Shown: positions 42,740 through 55,439, numbered from the stretch's first letter. The stretch is 64,000 nt of DNA from Octopus sinensis (GCF_006345805.1 NC_043005.1:68324001-68388000), one strand, 5' to 3'. The notes: generated by a model from the sequence alone, not told the origin. Numbers and translations: made by a program.

Positions 42740-43590
42740 AGAAGGGCAAGTGTCTTCTACTATAGCCTAGGGCTGACCGAAGCCTAGTGAGTGGATCTGA
42801 TAGACAGAAACTAAAAGAAACCCGTCGTATATGTATAGAAATCCCTTAACAGGTGTTACGTTCCAAAATCCGACGCGATAGGAGAAAATCCTTGAAGTAG
42901 AAACAATACTGTACTGTACATTTAAAAAAAATATTTTTATAATAAGTATATATTTATTTTATTATAAATGCAAAACACCACTACACACTTGCCTCCCGAG
43001 TTTACTTCTCCATACAGTATGTACAATTCTTTGTTTACTCATCTACGATGCACTACTTATTTTCTTTTGATATATTTTAATTAATGTGTTATACAGTGCT
43101 ATACTGTACTGTATTCTTATTTACCAATTTATTAATTTTGGGGCGTGAAAATGCTTATTTTACCACACAAATAATTAAAATCTAAAAAAAATATAAATAC
43201 TTATCGGCAGCAGAAACCTGCGATATAAATTTACATATATTAGCCAGAAAAATTCACGATATACTGAAGAAGCGATAGGTGAACTGCGATATGGCGAGTG
43301 ATTACTCTATGTATAAACACACACACACACACACATATATATGTGTGTGTGTGTATCAATGTGTGTGCGTCCTTGTGTCTGTGTTTGCTTTCCACAACCA
43401 CCTGACAATCGGTGTTGGTGTGTTTACGTCCCCGTAACTTAGCAGTTCCGCAAAAAAGCCGTTAGAATAAGTACCAGACTTAAAAAAAAAGCACTAGTAT
43501 CGATTTATTCGACTAAAATTCTTCAAGGCGTTGCCTCAGTATGACGTCCGTCTAATGACTGCAACAATTAAGGATAAAAGATATAGGATC
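42740..43590 (+). mobile_element. SINE family A interrupted by a MITE
   Basis: 5' part at 42740-42833, remainder at 43310-43590. Confidence 0.8.
42834..43309. mobile_element. Tigger/pogo-like MITE with TA ends
   Basis: Degenerate TIRs TA-TAGAAATCCCT and (reverse complement) TA-GAGTAATCACTCGCCATATCGCAGTTCACC; AT-rich non-coding interior. Confidence 0.6.
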
Positions 43591-43740
43591 ATTTCAGCCA
43601 GGAAAAAACACAAAATCTTACAACAAAAATGAACTTACCTCAGCTGGGGAAAATATTATCCTAATTAGTATCATGCATTTTAATTTGCTTTGTTCATTTA
43701 ATTGAATTGGTCTCCTTTTCTAAGCTCTAATACCAAATAC

Positions 43741-43974
43741 ATATTTCTTTACTACCCACAAGGGGCTAAACACAGAGGAGACAAACAAGGACAGACAAAG
43801 GGATCAAGTCGATTACATCGACACCAGTGCGTAACTGGTACTTAATTTATCGACCCCGAAAGGATGAAAAGCAAAGTCGACCTCGGCGAAATTTGAACTC
43901 AGAACGTAACGGCAGACGAAATACGGCTACGCATTTCGCCCGGCGTGCTAACGTTTCTGCCAGCTCGCCGCCTT
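43741..43974 (-). mobile_element. SINE family B1, full length, 15-bp TSD
   Basis: TCTAATACCAAATAC at 43726-43740 and 43975-43989. Confidence 0.92.
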
Positions 43975-45048
43975 TCTAATACCAAATACCGCCTAGTTTA
44001 CTCCTGATTTCCATAACTATTAATAACATAGAAACGAACAATATACTAGAGTTAGCTCAATTGATTTCATTACCCTTGTGGCAAGTCTTAATCTTGTGGC
44101 TAGTCAAAAATAAATCAATATCTATAATTTTTATCTACATTAAAAGCCATTAAGCTAAAAGGTAAGCACTTGGCTAACCGAGTCTGCGATCCGCCTTCAA
44201 TTTTACTTAAAATAATCTCATACGCTGCGCCACTAATACACTTGATAAAGACATGAATGTGATATTCCAATCCAGCCTGCTACAAACGTGTAATGCCGTG
44301 GTCTAGGTGAGAAATAATATTTTAAACTCATTTGATGATGTGTTCGTCTGTTATATCTAAAATGCACCGGAATGGAAAAATAAACATCGAACTTTTTATC
44401 TTTAGTTTTAATGCATTAAACAATTCGTTTTATCGTGTTTGAGGCCTTTATCTTTAACGCATTTCTATGATTTATATATTGACTTATTTGACTAGCTGCT
44501 CTTCATTAGATTCCAATTAATTATAAAGAGTTCGTGATTAGCGATATCATTGGTATTATATAAAGCGTAGCTTGCTGTCTTTAAAAATTCCTAATTATAA
44601 ATAGCGGAATACATGATTTCATTTCAATAGCGAAAGTGAGTGTCTTATTATATTTAAACATTCAATCATAGAATCATCTCTTAGATGTGTATTTAATCAC
44701 ACATGTTTGCTTTCTACCCAGTATCTCTCTCTACACTTCCCCACTCTCTCTGTGTATATTTATATATATATACTAAAAGAAACCCGTCGTATATGTATAT
44801 ACACACACACACACATATACATACATACACACAGACAAATAAATATATGTATACAAAATATGAACATATATATATGTATTTGCATTTACATATGCACATA
44901 TATATGCATGAATATGTACATATGCATATATATATATATATATATCTATATATATATCTATATATATGTACACATATATATATGTATGCATATATATATA
45001 TACACATATATATATATATGTATGTATATATATATATACATATATATG

Positions 45049-45081
<33 letters not shown>

Positions 45082-45100
45082 CATATTATATATGTACATA

Positions 45101-45131
<31 letters not shown>

Positions 45132-45246
45132 GCACAAATATGTGCATATGTACATATATATATCATATGTGCATATACTTACACTCATATATATAATGTA
45201 TGTACGAATGCATATACAGGTATGTCTATGTACATATGCATGTATG

Positions 45247-45288
<42 letters not shown>

Positions 45289-45501
45289 ATGTATATATAT
45301 ATATGCAGATACATATTTATACACGCATACATGCGTACATACACTCACACTTACACACACATACACACACACATAAGCATGAGCATATGTTAATGAAACT
45401 AGCACGAGATATTAGCTATTAGTAAGTGCTGTCAGTAAAATGTATTTGAACAACATAGGCGAATAAAGATATATTAAATAATATACATAAATAAATTCTT
45501 T

Positions 45502-45758
45502 CAGTTCTATATTTAAGAGATGTTGAATTATGTACACTATTTGCATTATTTACATTTACTCTTTTACTCTTTTACTTGTTTCAGTCATTTGACTGCGGCC
45601 ATGCTGGAGCACCACCTTTGACGGAATGCATTTGACGGATATTTGTCCTCATCTTGTTTGTTGTTAACACAATATTTCGGCTGATATACCCTCCAGCCTT
45701 CATCAGGTGTCTTGGGGAAATTTCGAACCTGGGTTCTCATTCCTCAGGTATTTTTCGA

Positions 45759-45821
<63 letters not shown>

Positions 45822-45969
45822 TATTCAGGTAACTGCCTGGAATCGAACTCAGAATCTTGGGGTTAGCAGCCCGCGCTCTTAACCACTACACCATATGCCC
45901 CCATATGGTGTAGTGGTTAAGTGCGCGGGCTACTAACCCCAAGATTACGAGTTCGATTCCAGGCAGTTA

Positions 45970-46048
<79 letters not shown>

Positions 46049-46196
46049 GATAATAATGATAATAACATCGAAAAATATCTGAGGAATGAGAACCCAGGTT
46101 CGAAATTTCTCCAAGACACTTGATGAAGGCCGGAGAGTATATCAGCCGAACGTTGTGCTAACAACAAGCAAGATGAGGACAAATATCCGTCGAATG
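45502..46196. mobile_element. Head-to-head inverted pair of a tRNA-headed element with (AAT)n and a hammerhead-bearing PLE-like tail
   Basis: Left copy on minus (45900 to 45502, interrupted by a SINE A tail at about 45556-45620); right copy on plus (45902-46196). Flanked by TAAATAAATTCTTT at 45488-45501 and 46197-46210. Confidence 0.85.
45666..45711 (-). ncRNA. Candidate minimal type-I hammerhead ribozyme with intact core
   Basis: GACAC-CUGAUGA-A-GGCUG-GAGGGUAUAU-CAGCC-GAAA-UAUU-GUGUU: 5-bp stem I, 5-bp stem II, self-complementary AUAU in place of helix III. Confidence 0.6.
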
Positions 46197-46483
46197 TAAA
46201 TAAATTCTTTATTTAGTAGAATTATCTCTGATTCCAGAAAGTAGGCTAATCAATTAGTTGAAACTAATACTAACCCCAGATGAGAAGGGGAGATAATGTC
46301 AGGAATCAAAATACCTCCAAAAACTGACATACTATTAAGGAAAAGAATTACTGATTGTTTGAGGCTAAGGGGACAGTTGTGAACGTCTGCTCCACACACC
46401 TACCTAAATGCATCGTAATTAACACGCACACATGGTGGATATTCCCTATCTTCTTTACTTTGATTTGTGAAATCATTAAAATA

Positions 46484-46870
46484 TTTACTCTTTTACTGGT
46501 TTCAGTCATATGACTGTGGCCATGCTGGAGCACCGACTTTAGTCGAGCAAATCGACCCCAGGATTTATTCTTTGTAAGCCTAGTACGTATTCTATCGGTC
46601 CCTTTTGCCGAACCGCTAAGTTACGGGGACGTAAACACACCAGCATCGGTTGGGGGGACAAACACAGACACACAAACATACATACACACACATATATACA
46701 TATATACGATGGGCTTCTTTCAGTTTCCATTTACCAAATCCGCTCACAAGGCTTTGGTCGGCCCGAGGCTATAGTTGAAGACAACTGCCCAAGGTCCCAC
46801 GCAGTGGGACTGAACTCGGAACCATGTGGTTGTTAAGCAAGCTATTTACCACACAGCTACCCCTACGCCT
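46484..46870 (-). mobile_element. SINE family A
   Basis: Reverse complement of the family A architecture. Confidence 0.9.
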
Positions 46871-47397
46871 ACAAACTTCTACAAACTATAGATATATTCA
46901 GTGAAAAACTTCACAGAATTTATGTGAAATGAAACTCGTACACTTATACTGCATGACACAAAAATAACGCAGTAACTTACGGAAGGAAACAATTCGTGAT
47001 GAATACTGAAAATGAACGAAGATTTTTTGCATGTAAAATTCACGTAAGCATATATAAACGCCTACATGTATACCTACATAATACACACATACATACACAC
47101 AGACTCACTCACTCACTCAATCTCATACACAAAAATTATCAGACATGACTATTGCTCGAGTGTAATCTTTTTTAGGAAAGATATTTTATATTTCTTTATG
47201 AATATTTTTTTAGTTTGTCATAGTGTTTCTTAATCCATTAATCCATAAACGTTTCAAAACATTCCCGCTAGATCATCAGCATGAAATGATAGAAATTATG
47301 GTGTGTTTTCCGCGCGCTTTGCAGTAGGTCTCAAAGGATCACGAATATAGTGTTATAAATAATAATATCTAAACACATATTTATGTTACGTATCGAG

Positions 47398-47781
47398 AGT
47401 TGCACAAATGCCAGAACTGGGCGCCACTGCGTGGTGCCAAGGACTCCAAATTTGCCATCAAGATGTAGGACAAGATACTGTGATAGCCTGGGCTTCCGAG
47501 GCCCACAGCTCTTCAATATCCTCCCGAAGAACCTAAGAGACCTGCATGGGGTGGATGCAGATGTCTTTAAAATGAAACTGGATCTCTTCTTGTCAGGTAT
47601 CCCAGATGAACCAACTTCACGGTAGGAGGTGCAGATGAGGGCAGCTGCATCGAACTCTCTCATACACCAAATGGCAGTTGCTAAAAAGCATTCGTGAAGT
47701 AAAACCATGTAGCAACACCAAATGGCGGTGCCCCAGCATGGCCACAGCTCGTGAGCTGAAACTAGATTCAATCAATCAATC
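47398..47781 (+). mobile_element. 3' end of a CR1/L2-group LINE with (AATC)n tail
   Basis: RYCDSLGFRGPQLFNILPKNLRDLHGVDADVFKMKLDLFLSGIPDEPT; nearly collinear with the reverse complement of 34534-34920. Confidence 0.9.
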
Positions 47782-47939
47782 ATACCTTTATGCTTATTTT
47801 TTGGTTTATATTATGGCTTTTGTAAAGAATCTGTATTTATCTTTTCTAGTTTTAGTGGAATTCTATATATAAAATTGTAGTGCTGTGTCCGGTTTAAAAG
47901 TTTCGGTCATATAGCGTACAACTGTAATGCTTACTATTA

Positions 47940-48440
47940 TATTGGTTTCAAATTTTGGCACAACGCCAGTAAATTTTGGCGGTGGGGCTAGTCGATAATC
48001 ACACACACATTATATACTGACACACACTTTTTCCCATTTTATTTCCACACTAACCGTCCTAGCAACCCCCTTCGTATCTACTATGGGGCCACGAATTATG
48101 CCATGAAAATCTTGAGTTTCTCTCGAGGTCAGTGAATTCTTAATAAAAAGTGCGAAGGTGGTTTGTCAATTCAAAAATCTCTATATTCACGAAACAATCA
48201 TACTTTCTGATTTATTTTTAATGTTATAAACCTTCCTGATGAAATTTTGATAAATTTTGGCGGTGGGGCTAGTCGATTATATTGATCCCAGTGATCAACT
48301 GGTATGATTTTTATCGACGCCAAAGGATGAAAGGCAAATTCGATCTCGGCGGAGTTTGAACTCAGAACATAAAGACGGACGAAATGCCGCTAAGCATTTT
48401 TTTAGGCGTGCTAACGATTCTGCCAGCTCGCCGCCTTCAC
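47940..48440 (-). mobile_element. SINE family B2 carrying a 249-bp inserted copy of Helitron-internal sequence
   Basis: B2 tail at 47940-47996, insert at 47995-48243, body and head at 48251-48440. Confidence 0.85.
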
Positions 48441-48984
48441 GTTTACTATTATATTGGTTATATCTGTTGCTATTTTTGAGCTTTATGTTGCTTAGAATGT
48501 TTTTCATTCTGGCGTTTTGGTATTGTTTTACTATGTTCCACACTATACACAACATGCATACTGAGAACATATTAATTACGACGGAGATGCACAAACATGC
48601 GAAAATGATTTTATTATAATTGAAAGCCCCAAACAAGGTGAAAAGCCACTTAATGTGAGTGACTACGAAGAAGAAATTAAGACGAAAGGAATGGATTTAC
48701 TTTAGACTTGAAAGAGTTCAAGTAATTTCGAAAATAATTCTATGCTTACATTTATAATAGAGCATCCCTTTAGCTTTAATTCAGACCATAAAAGATCTCG
48801 ATTCTTAGATATGAATAGAGGAATAAAGAATGCCACAAAAAACGCCACAGCATATAGAAAATGTGCAAAGATAGAAAAAACACTTATACGTGTTATATTT
48901 ACTGTTGAGTTCATGTGATGTTCTTAATTATTCATTACTCATTGACACGTAATGTTTGAATGTTTCCCCACCGCACTGGCAGGT

Positions 48985-49200
48985 CATTGGATTGAGCTTA
49001 TTCTAGTTCCTCCATCCTTTCGTCTAACAGATAGTTTCACTGTCACTGTTAACGTGGAATTTTCGAGGGGTGCTGAATATCTTCTTAGTTTTATATTCAA
49101 CTTTCAGATTTCCTCGTATGTCCAATGTATCCCAAATATTGGTAATAGCACTAATACTTTAAAGCATTATGGAATATTGATTTATGGAATGTAGATAACT
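48985..49200 (-). mobile_element. Possible R4/Dong-type (RLE) non-LTR RT thumb remnant
   Basis: FGIHWTYEEI*KLNIKLRRY...KLSVRRKDGGTRISSI resembles FGIINWT..EL..LD.KTRK...RLY.PRKEGGRGL.SI. Confidence 0.45.
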
Positions 49201-50149
49201 CTGATATCCAATGTTTTAGGTGGGTAGGTGAAATAAGCAATCCATTTTTGTAATGTGTTAACATTTCGATCGGTCTCTCATACTACCATTTGGTGGCAAA
49301 TGATAATCACAATACAATAAAGCTGTACATTCAATGTATAAAAAAACTGGAAGATACCGTTTGAATTAGGCGTTCTTTATCATCGAGGCAGTAAGTTTTC
49401 TAACGATTCCTACTATAAACAGTATTTCATTTAATGATTTATTGATGCAAATAAAGCAGTTCACCTTAAATTTATCTACAAGCTGCTTTTCGATTTGTTA
49501 GAATTCTTCAATCATTTATAAATAGTTTGTACGCAAGTCCCTATAATGGCGGCAGTCCTATCTCTGTGTTATTGCTATTATTGTTGTTTTGGTCGTTCTT
49601 TATCTTTTCTAACAATTTATTGATAGCATATCTACTGGTCCGTTGTTTCTGTTATTTGCTATGAATTTCTGAGAGCTGCTTTGCAGCATATTTCCTCTCA
49701 GCAAACATAGCCTGCTACCGCAGTAGCAAGCTACTGAAATATGAGTAGTTGCGATATTTAACATCTCAGTTGCTTTACATCTTCACATAACCGAAGGCTT
49801 TTCATTTTGTTTTTGCTTTGTATCATTAAAACGTCTTGAATCAGTTAAATCGAGTCCATTGCAAATTCTTTTGAGAGCTCCGTGACCTGCGATAGCCAAC
49901 TTTTATTGCTGGCTAGCCGCATCATATCTTATCTATCAGTTTAATAACTCTGGTTTCGCATCTGAAGAAGATAACTATTTGTAATTACATTTCACTGTCT
50001 CTAAACAAGATGACCATTATTTTTACGAGGATAGAATTAAAAGCTTTAGGGAGAGAGTTCATTACACGAAATAATTTATAGTCTCTCGCAGCACTATGAC
50101 TGACTTAATACCAAGTTGGTTATGTATGTATGTATGTATGTATGTATGT

Positions 50150-50320
50150 ATGTCCTGGGTATGACACTAAACTGCACCCGGTGGCGAGGCTCTAGTTTGA
50201 GAGTTCTGGCATTATTGAAGAGCGTGGAGTTACCCTTTATTACCTTTACTCCTATACGCCACAGAAACTGGGGAAACCGGGCCCATGAGCCTTGATAGGC
50301 TTGAAAAGGGCGTATAAATA
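50150..50320 (+). mobile_element. SINE-like fragment sharing the family C variant-1 tail
   Basis: CCTATACGCCACAGAAACTGGGGAAACCGGGCCCATGAGCC matches the reverse complement of about 545-585. Confidence 0.6.
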
Positions 50321-51666
50321 ATAAAATAATGATATACTAAAATAACAATAATCTAGGACGATTATAATTCCCTCTCCTAAAAAACAGTCTCAAAACTTCT
50401 GGAATAGACTTCGTAGTTCATTAACCTTAGTGCGTGAAGGAGGAAAAAGGGAGGGAAGAAAAGAAGAGGAAAAAGTTAAAAAAGAGGAAAATGGAGGAAA
50501 AGTATGAAAAGTAAGAGGGGTGAAAGAAAGAGAAAAAAGGAAATAAAAGGAGAAAAGGAAAATAGAAAAAGGAAAGAAATACAAAAAATAACAAAAAAAA
50601 ACAAAAGAGAAAAAAGAAAACGGAAAGGGAACAAGTGCTTCAAGAATGAGATTTGAAATAGTAGAAGATGAACTGTTTGAAGTAATGAATGAAAAATAAA
50701 AATATCGTTTAAATTGGCAGGGGTGCTGAATTAGAGGGATTGGCGAAATAGCGAAATGTTAAATAAAATATAAAATAAAACAAACTTTTAAGGGATGGAG
50801 ATTGAGAGGGGTTTGTGAATAAAGTGTTAAAGATTACTGAAAAACATGATAATTAACACGAAAGGAAATTATAACAACTGGGAAACTGTTTTGGAGGAAT
50901 AGTCAATGGTTCAAAGGAAATGAAGGCAAATAAAAATAAAATAAATCAAATAAGATAAGAATGAAGACAAAATGAGAAAAAATGGCAAAAACAGAAAAGA
51001 AATTAAGAATGTTGTTGGGGATATAAATAACATTATATTTGGAAAAAAATAACGGAAAAATATTGGTTAAAAATGATCGCCAAAAATGGTTTCAAAAATG
51101 TTTCTGAAAAAGATTATGTGAAGATAACGGGGTACATGAAAGCGTAAAGATATTGAACTGGATCATACATTTTTTATAGAACTTTTTCCAATCATGCCCT
51201 ATGACTAGGAAACTATAAAAGTAAATAGTATGTTAACACCATCAATATTCCAGTCACAACTGACCCGAAGATCTGGTGCACCTGCAGATGAAATTCAGAA
51301 TAACAAGGAATTGATTCAACCCAATATATATATATATATTTATTTATATATATATAAGTATATATTCAAATATATTCAAACACCCCCATCCACATATGCA
51401 TACATACACACACATATATATACTCATGTACTTATACATACATACATATACATACATACATACACCCCACACATGCATATATATATATGATATAAATTGT
51501 ACATATATGCTGAGTGATAAGATCTGAGATCTACTCTGCATTTAAAACGATTATAAAGTAGAATTATTGTAGCCAACAGAGCACATCACCAGCAAACATT
51601 CTAAACGCATCTCAACAACAGCCAGTTAACACTCACTATACATGCATACATACATACACACACACT

Positions 51667-51702
<36 letters not shown>

Positions 51703-52399
51703 AATATAACAAATAAACAAACAAACAAACAGACAGACAGACAGACTGACAGACACACACACATGTCATAGGAACTTAGAAACTTCAAGAAAACATGATA
51801 TAGTTCGTTTTTAATTGTTGAACATGTATCTATGTATCTTATGCATGTCTGTGGTGGGAAATTCGTTTTCTCTTGTGATAATGCATCTAGGTCTTAAAAT
51901 GAATTTTAGTTTTGAAAAGAGAAAAACAATTAAGAATTTCTTAAAATTCCATATCGGTTTTAACAATTTTTCTTGTGATAAGTGAACAATTAAAAACACG
52001 AAAAAATCTTTAAAAGAAAGTCAATGCAGAGGAAAACTTCCCTAACGATAAAAGATGATCAGTAATCAAATGTTCCATGTTTCACAACAAAGTTATATGA
52101 TGAAAATGCAAATATTCAATCATTCAGTAACAGGAAATGATGGATTTTCTAGCAGTAATATGTGAGGGAAATTTGAAAGTTGAATAAGTTTCACAGCAAT
52201 AAGTTCTGTTAGAAATTAAATGAGGAATGCACACACACACACACACAACACACACACACACACTAAAACACATATACACACACATATATACACACACACG
52301 CACGCTCGAACATATATATGCGTATATATATATATAGACATACATGTGTGTCTGTGTATGTATATGTGTATATATATGTATATATATATATTTGTATCA

Positions 52400-52448
<49 letters not shown>

Positions 52449-52889
52449 AATCTGCCTGTCTGTCTGTTTGTATATTGATCTATCTATCAATATGTGTGTT
52501 TTAAGATAAGTTCAGACCTGATCAGCTACTTACTGAAAGACGTTATTTATTTTTCTCCGCCTGTGATCCATCGTTCTGGTTGACTGGCCATCTGAGTACG
52601 ACATTTATTTATCATATGTCCTTGTCACTTATTCTTGTTCGGCAGTAGTCCAGCATTCCGGTTCACTAACTTGCTTAGGACGTCATTCGTTTATCTGATG
52701 TTCACTTGTTCTTTTTCCAAATTTTCCTAACATTCTAGTTGGACAAGTCGCGGGTGACACCAGCATATCGAATCTCAAAGTAAGACCGTTACCTGAACTT
52801 TGGTTTAGCGATTCTTATTCTTGTTGCTTTCAGTTGCTTTGTTGAGTCGAATATTCATTCATAGCATTGTATTGCTAGAAAGTATTTAG

Positions 52890-53290
52890 TTCTGGTTTAT
52901 TGTTCTTAACAAACATAGTTTCCATATTTAGTTGGAATAAAGCCGAGACGTTCGCGATGCTTTGATATAAAAGGAAAATTTAATATTTGGGATGTTTGTT
53001 GAGAAAATATCTCGAGGTTTATACGTGGGTATTTTTTTCTGATCATGGGAGCTCGTACCTGTTGGTGGTGTACTGTTATTATTTGTGTGGGAGTAAAACC
53101 CATTTTCCCTATGCAGTCTACAACAGAGCCACCATATTTGATAACATAAATTAAACTTCTTGAAGCACATGTGATATAACTTTTTATGGTAATTATCCTG
53201 ATTTAAATTCCTACGTCAAGTTTGTCTTGAGGTTGATGCCGATTCCAAATTAGCACTTCACTTTTGGATTATTCGGGTTGTAATTTCTGT
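52890..53290 (-). mobile_element. Penelope-like GIY-YIG endonuclease remnant
   Basis: IKSYITCASRSLIYVIKYGGSVVDCIGKMGFTPTQIITVHHQQVRAP resembles PLE F.C.S.NLIY.I.C..C...YIGETG..L..R.TVHRQQIRDP; ends in a KPELN-like segment near 52890. Confidence 0.75.
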
Positions 53291-54305
53291 GGGTAATTCA
53301 GCACTGGTAAGTAAGCCCTTTAATGATTTAAATCGTATTTCACTCTTAATTATTTTGTTTGTTTTGAGTGTTATTTTCATTCATGGGTCATTTATCAAAA
53401 GAGGGATATTTTGCAGGATGATATATAATTATTTGTTTCCTGGGTATAGGATTTAGTTGGATGTTCTGACAGTGATGAAGTCTATATAAAATGATATAAA
53501 TAACATACGCGGTTAAACGTGCGCATGCACATATATTTATTATATATATATACATGTAGATGAATTTATGCATACATAGGCATATACGTATATATATATA
53601 TACGCATATTCACACATATATACATATAGATGTATAAATACACAACTATAAATATTTATGTGTTAATACGCATATATATGTATATATGTATGCATATTTG
53701 TATCTATCTATATATCTATATATACTATGCTTATATACATACGTGTGTATGTGTGATTATGCATATTTGTATCTATCTATATATCTATATATACTATGCT
53801 TATATACATACGTGTATATGTGTGATCATGCATACATAATTTTCTAATATATTTTAAGAAATACGTTGCAAGAATTCCAATATACGAATATATTTAGTGA
53901 ACGTTTTATATTGCATGTTATGAACTGACATCAATTATATTGACTTAAAATACACATAAATTGAAATAAGTGTACCAAAACATCACCATACTACTACTAC
54001 TACTACTACTACTAGTAGTAGTAGTAGTAGTAGTAACTGAATGTGGGAAAACTCCCAAAAACATTATTCACTTCAGTAATTTGAAATATGATTGAAAGTC
54101 CAACTGTTTTACTGAACAAACATACAATGTTTCCCATTAATTAATGTTGCTGAAACGTCCTGTCTTGGTAACTTGTCAATAAAAGAATAAAAGTTAACTC
54201 CACATAACCGTCTAACTAAACTTTACTTACTTTGTCAGTCAAATTATATGTGTGTGTTTGTACGCAAATATATATATATATACTTCGAAGCGTTCCTGTC
54301 ACAAT

Positions 54306-54350
54306 CTGAACCTGATGAATGCTTAAATGCAAGAAAGTATACTAGTTCAG
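54306..54350 (+). ncRNA. Candidate type-I hammerhead ribozyme
   Basis: CUGAAC-CUGAUGA-AUGC-UUAAAU-GCAA-GAAA-GUAUAC-UA-GUUCAG: perfect 6-bp stem I, intact core, palindromic AGUAUACU helix III, A-A mismatch at the base of stem II. Confidence 0.55.
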
Positions 54351-54545
54351 TGAGAATAGACATTTAATATTAAATTTTCAATATTTCATTTGTTCAGTAA
54401 GACAATCAATACTTCAATTCATTTCTTTCTTGCTATTATTCTATATCCTATATTAATATTATAAGAATATAAATAAAACATAAAAACAGAGTTGGAATTC
54501 CTTTGAGCAATATATTCTTCTATACACAATGATACAAACCCCATT

Positions 54546-54588
<43 letters not shown>

Positions 54589-54763
54589 AATATTATGAGC
54601 ATTTATAGAACACAGTCCTATATCAACTCAACAAACAATTAAAGATGGAGAAGAGAAAATGTTAAAAGTTTGATAACATCTTAATCCATGCATACGAATC
54701 TTTATTAGAAATCTAACTATAGAGCTCCCAAAGTAAAATTGTTCTAATTGAACTCACCCTTTT

Positions 54764-54800
<37 letters not shown>

Positions 54801-55439
54801 TACATCTATATATATATAGCAAATTGATTGATCTGCGTAAAAAGGTCAACAGGAAGAGTACTCCAGTATTCCATCTAATGAGAATCCATTATTAATGTAT
54901 GCGTTTCACTCTACATGTATTAAACGCGCTACTAATAGTTTTACGTAGATTACAGGTACGTTCATCAGGCACCGATTATTTTATGAAAGTAAGAAGTTTA
55001 AATAGAGGACTTGGTGAGAAGCGATGCTAAAGAAAACCATATTTAATGGAAGATTCCACTACAGTTCAGCTAACAAACTGAACCGATGCAGAGCGTTCAG
55101 ATGAATTTAAATTGAACAAACTTAAAACAATTATGTAAAATGTTAAAGTTATAAATTATAAAAATTATAAAAATTTAATTAGATTATAAATGTGTCAATA
55201 TATAAAATATGAAAATATATATAGATAATTGAAAGGCTATACAAATATATACAAATACACAAGCTATATACAATACATAAATTATACAAGTGCATAAAAA
55301 TATAAGGCGTACATAAATTGCATAAAATAATAAGTGGGAAAACTCTATGGTCTGTTATAAATGTTTACAATTGTACTATATAAAAATAAAAATTACAAAA
55401 GGAAAAAAAAATGGAAAAAATATAATATAAATATAAATA

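Noticed and set aside
44703-45422. YI/HT/CV-rich ORFs here and at many other sites
   Set aside because: Dinucleotide and tetranucleotide microsatellites lack stop codons; not evidence of coding.
45830-45970. Pair of tRNA genes
   Set aside because: A and B boxes are present but the 3' acceptor stem is missing and each head continues into a repeat body; these are SINE-type heads. The same applies at 750-812, 25090-25160 and 55700-55776.
48702-48914. Hydrophobic 70-aa ORF suggesting a membrane protein
   Set aside because: T-rich composition gives hydrophobic residues by default; ORFs of this size are expected by chance; it lies next to a LINE remnant.
49259-49290. Hammerhead-like AUGAGAGACCGAUCGAAAUGUU on the minus strand
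   Set aside because: The CUGA part of the core is missing; at most a heavily decayed copy.
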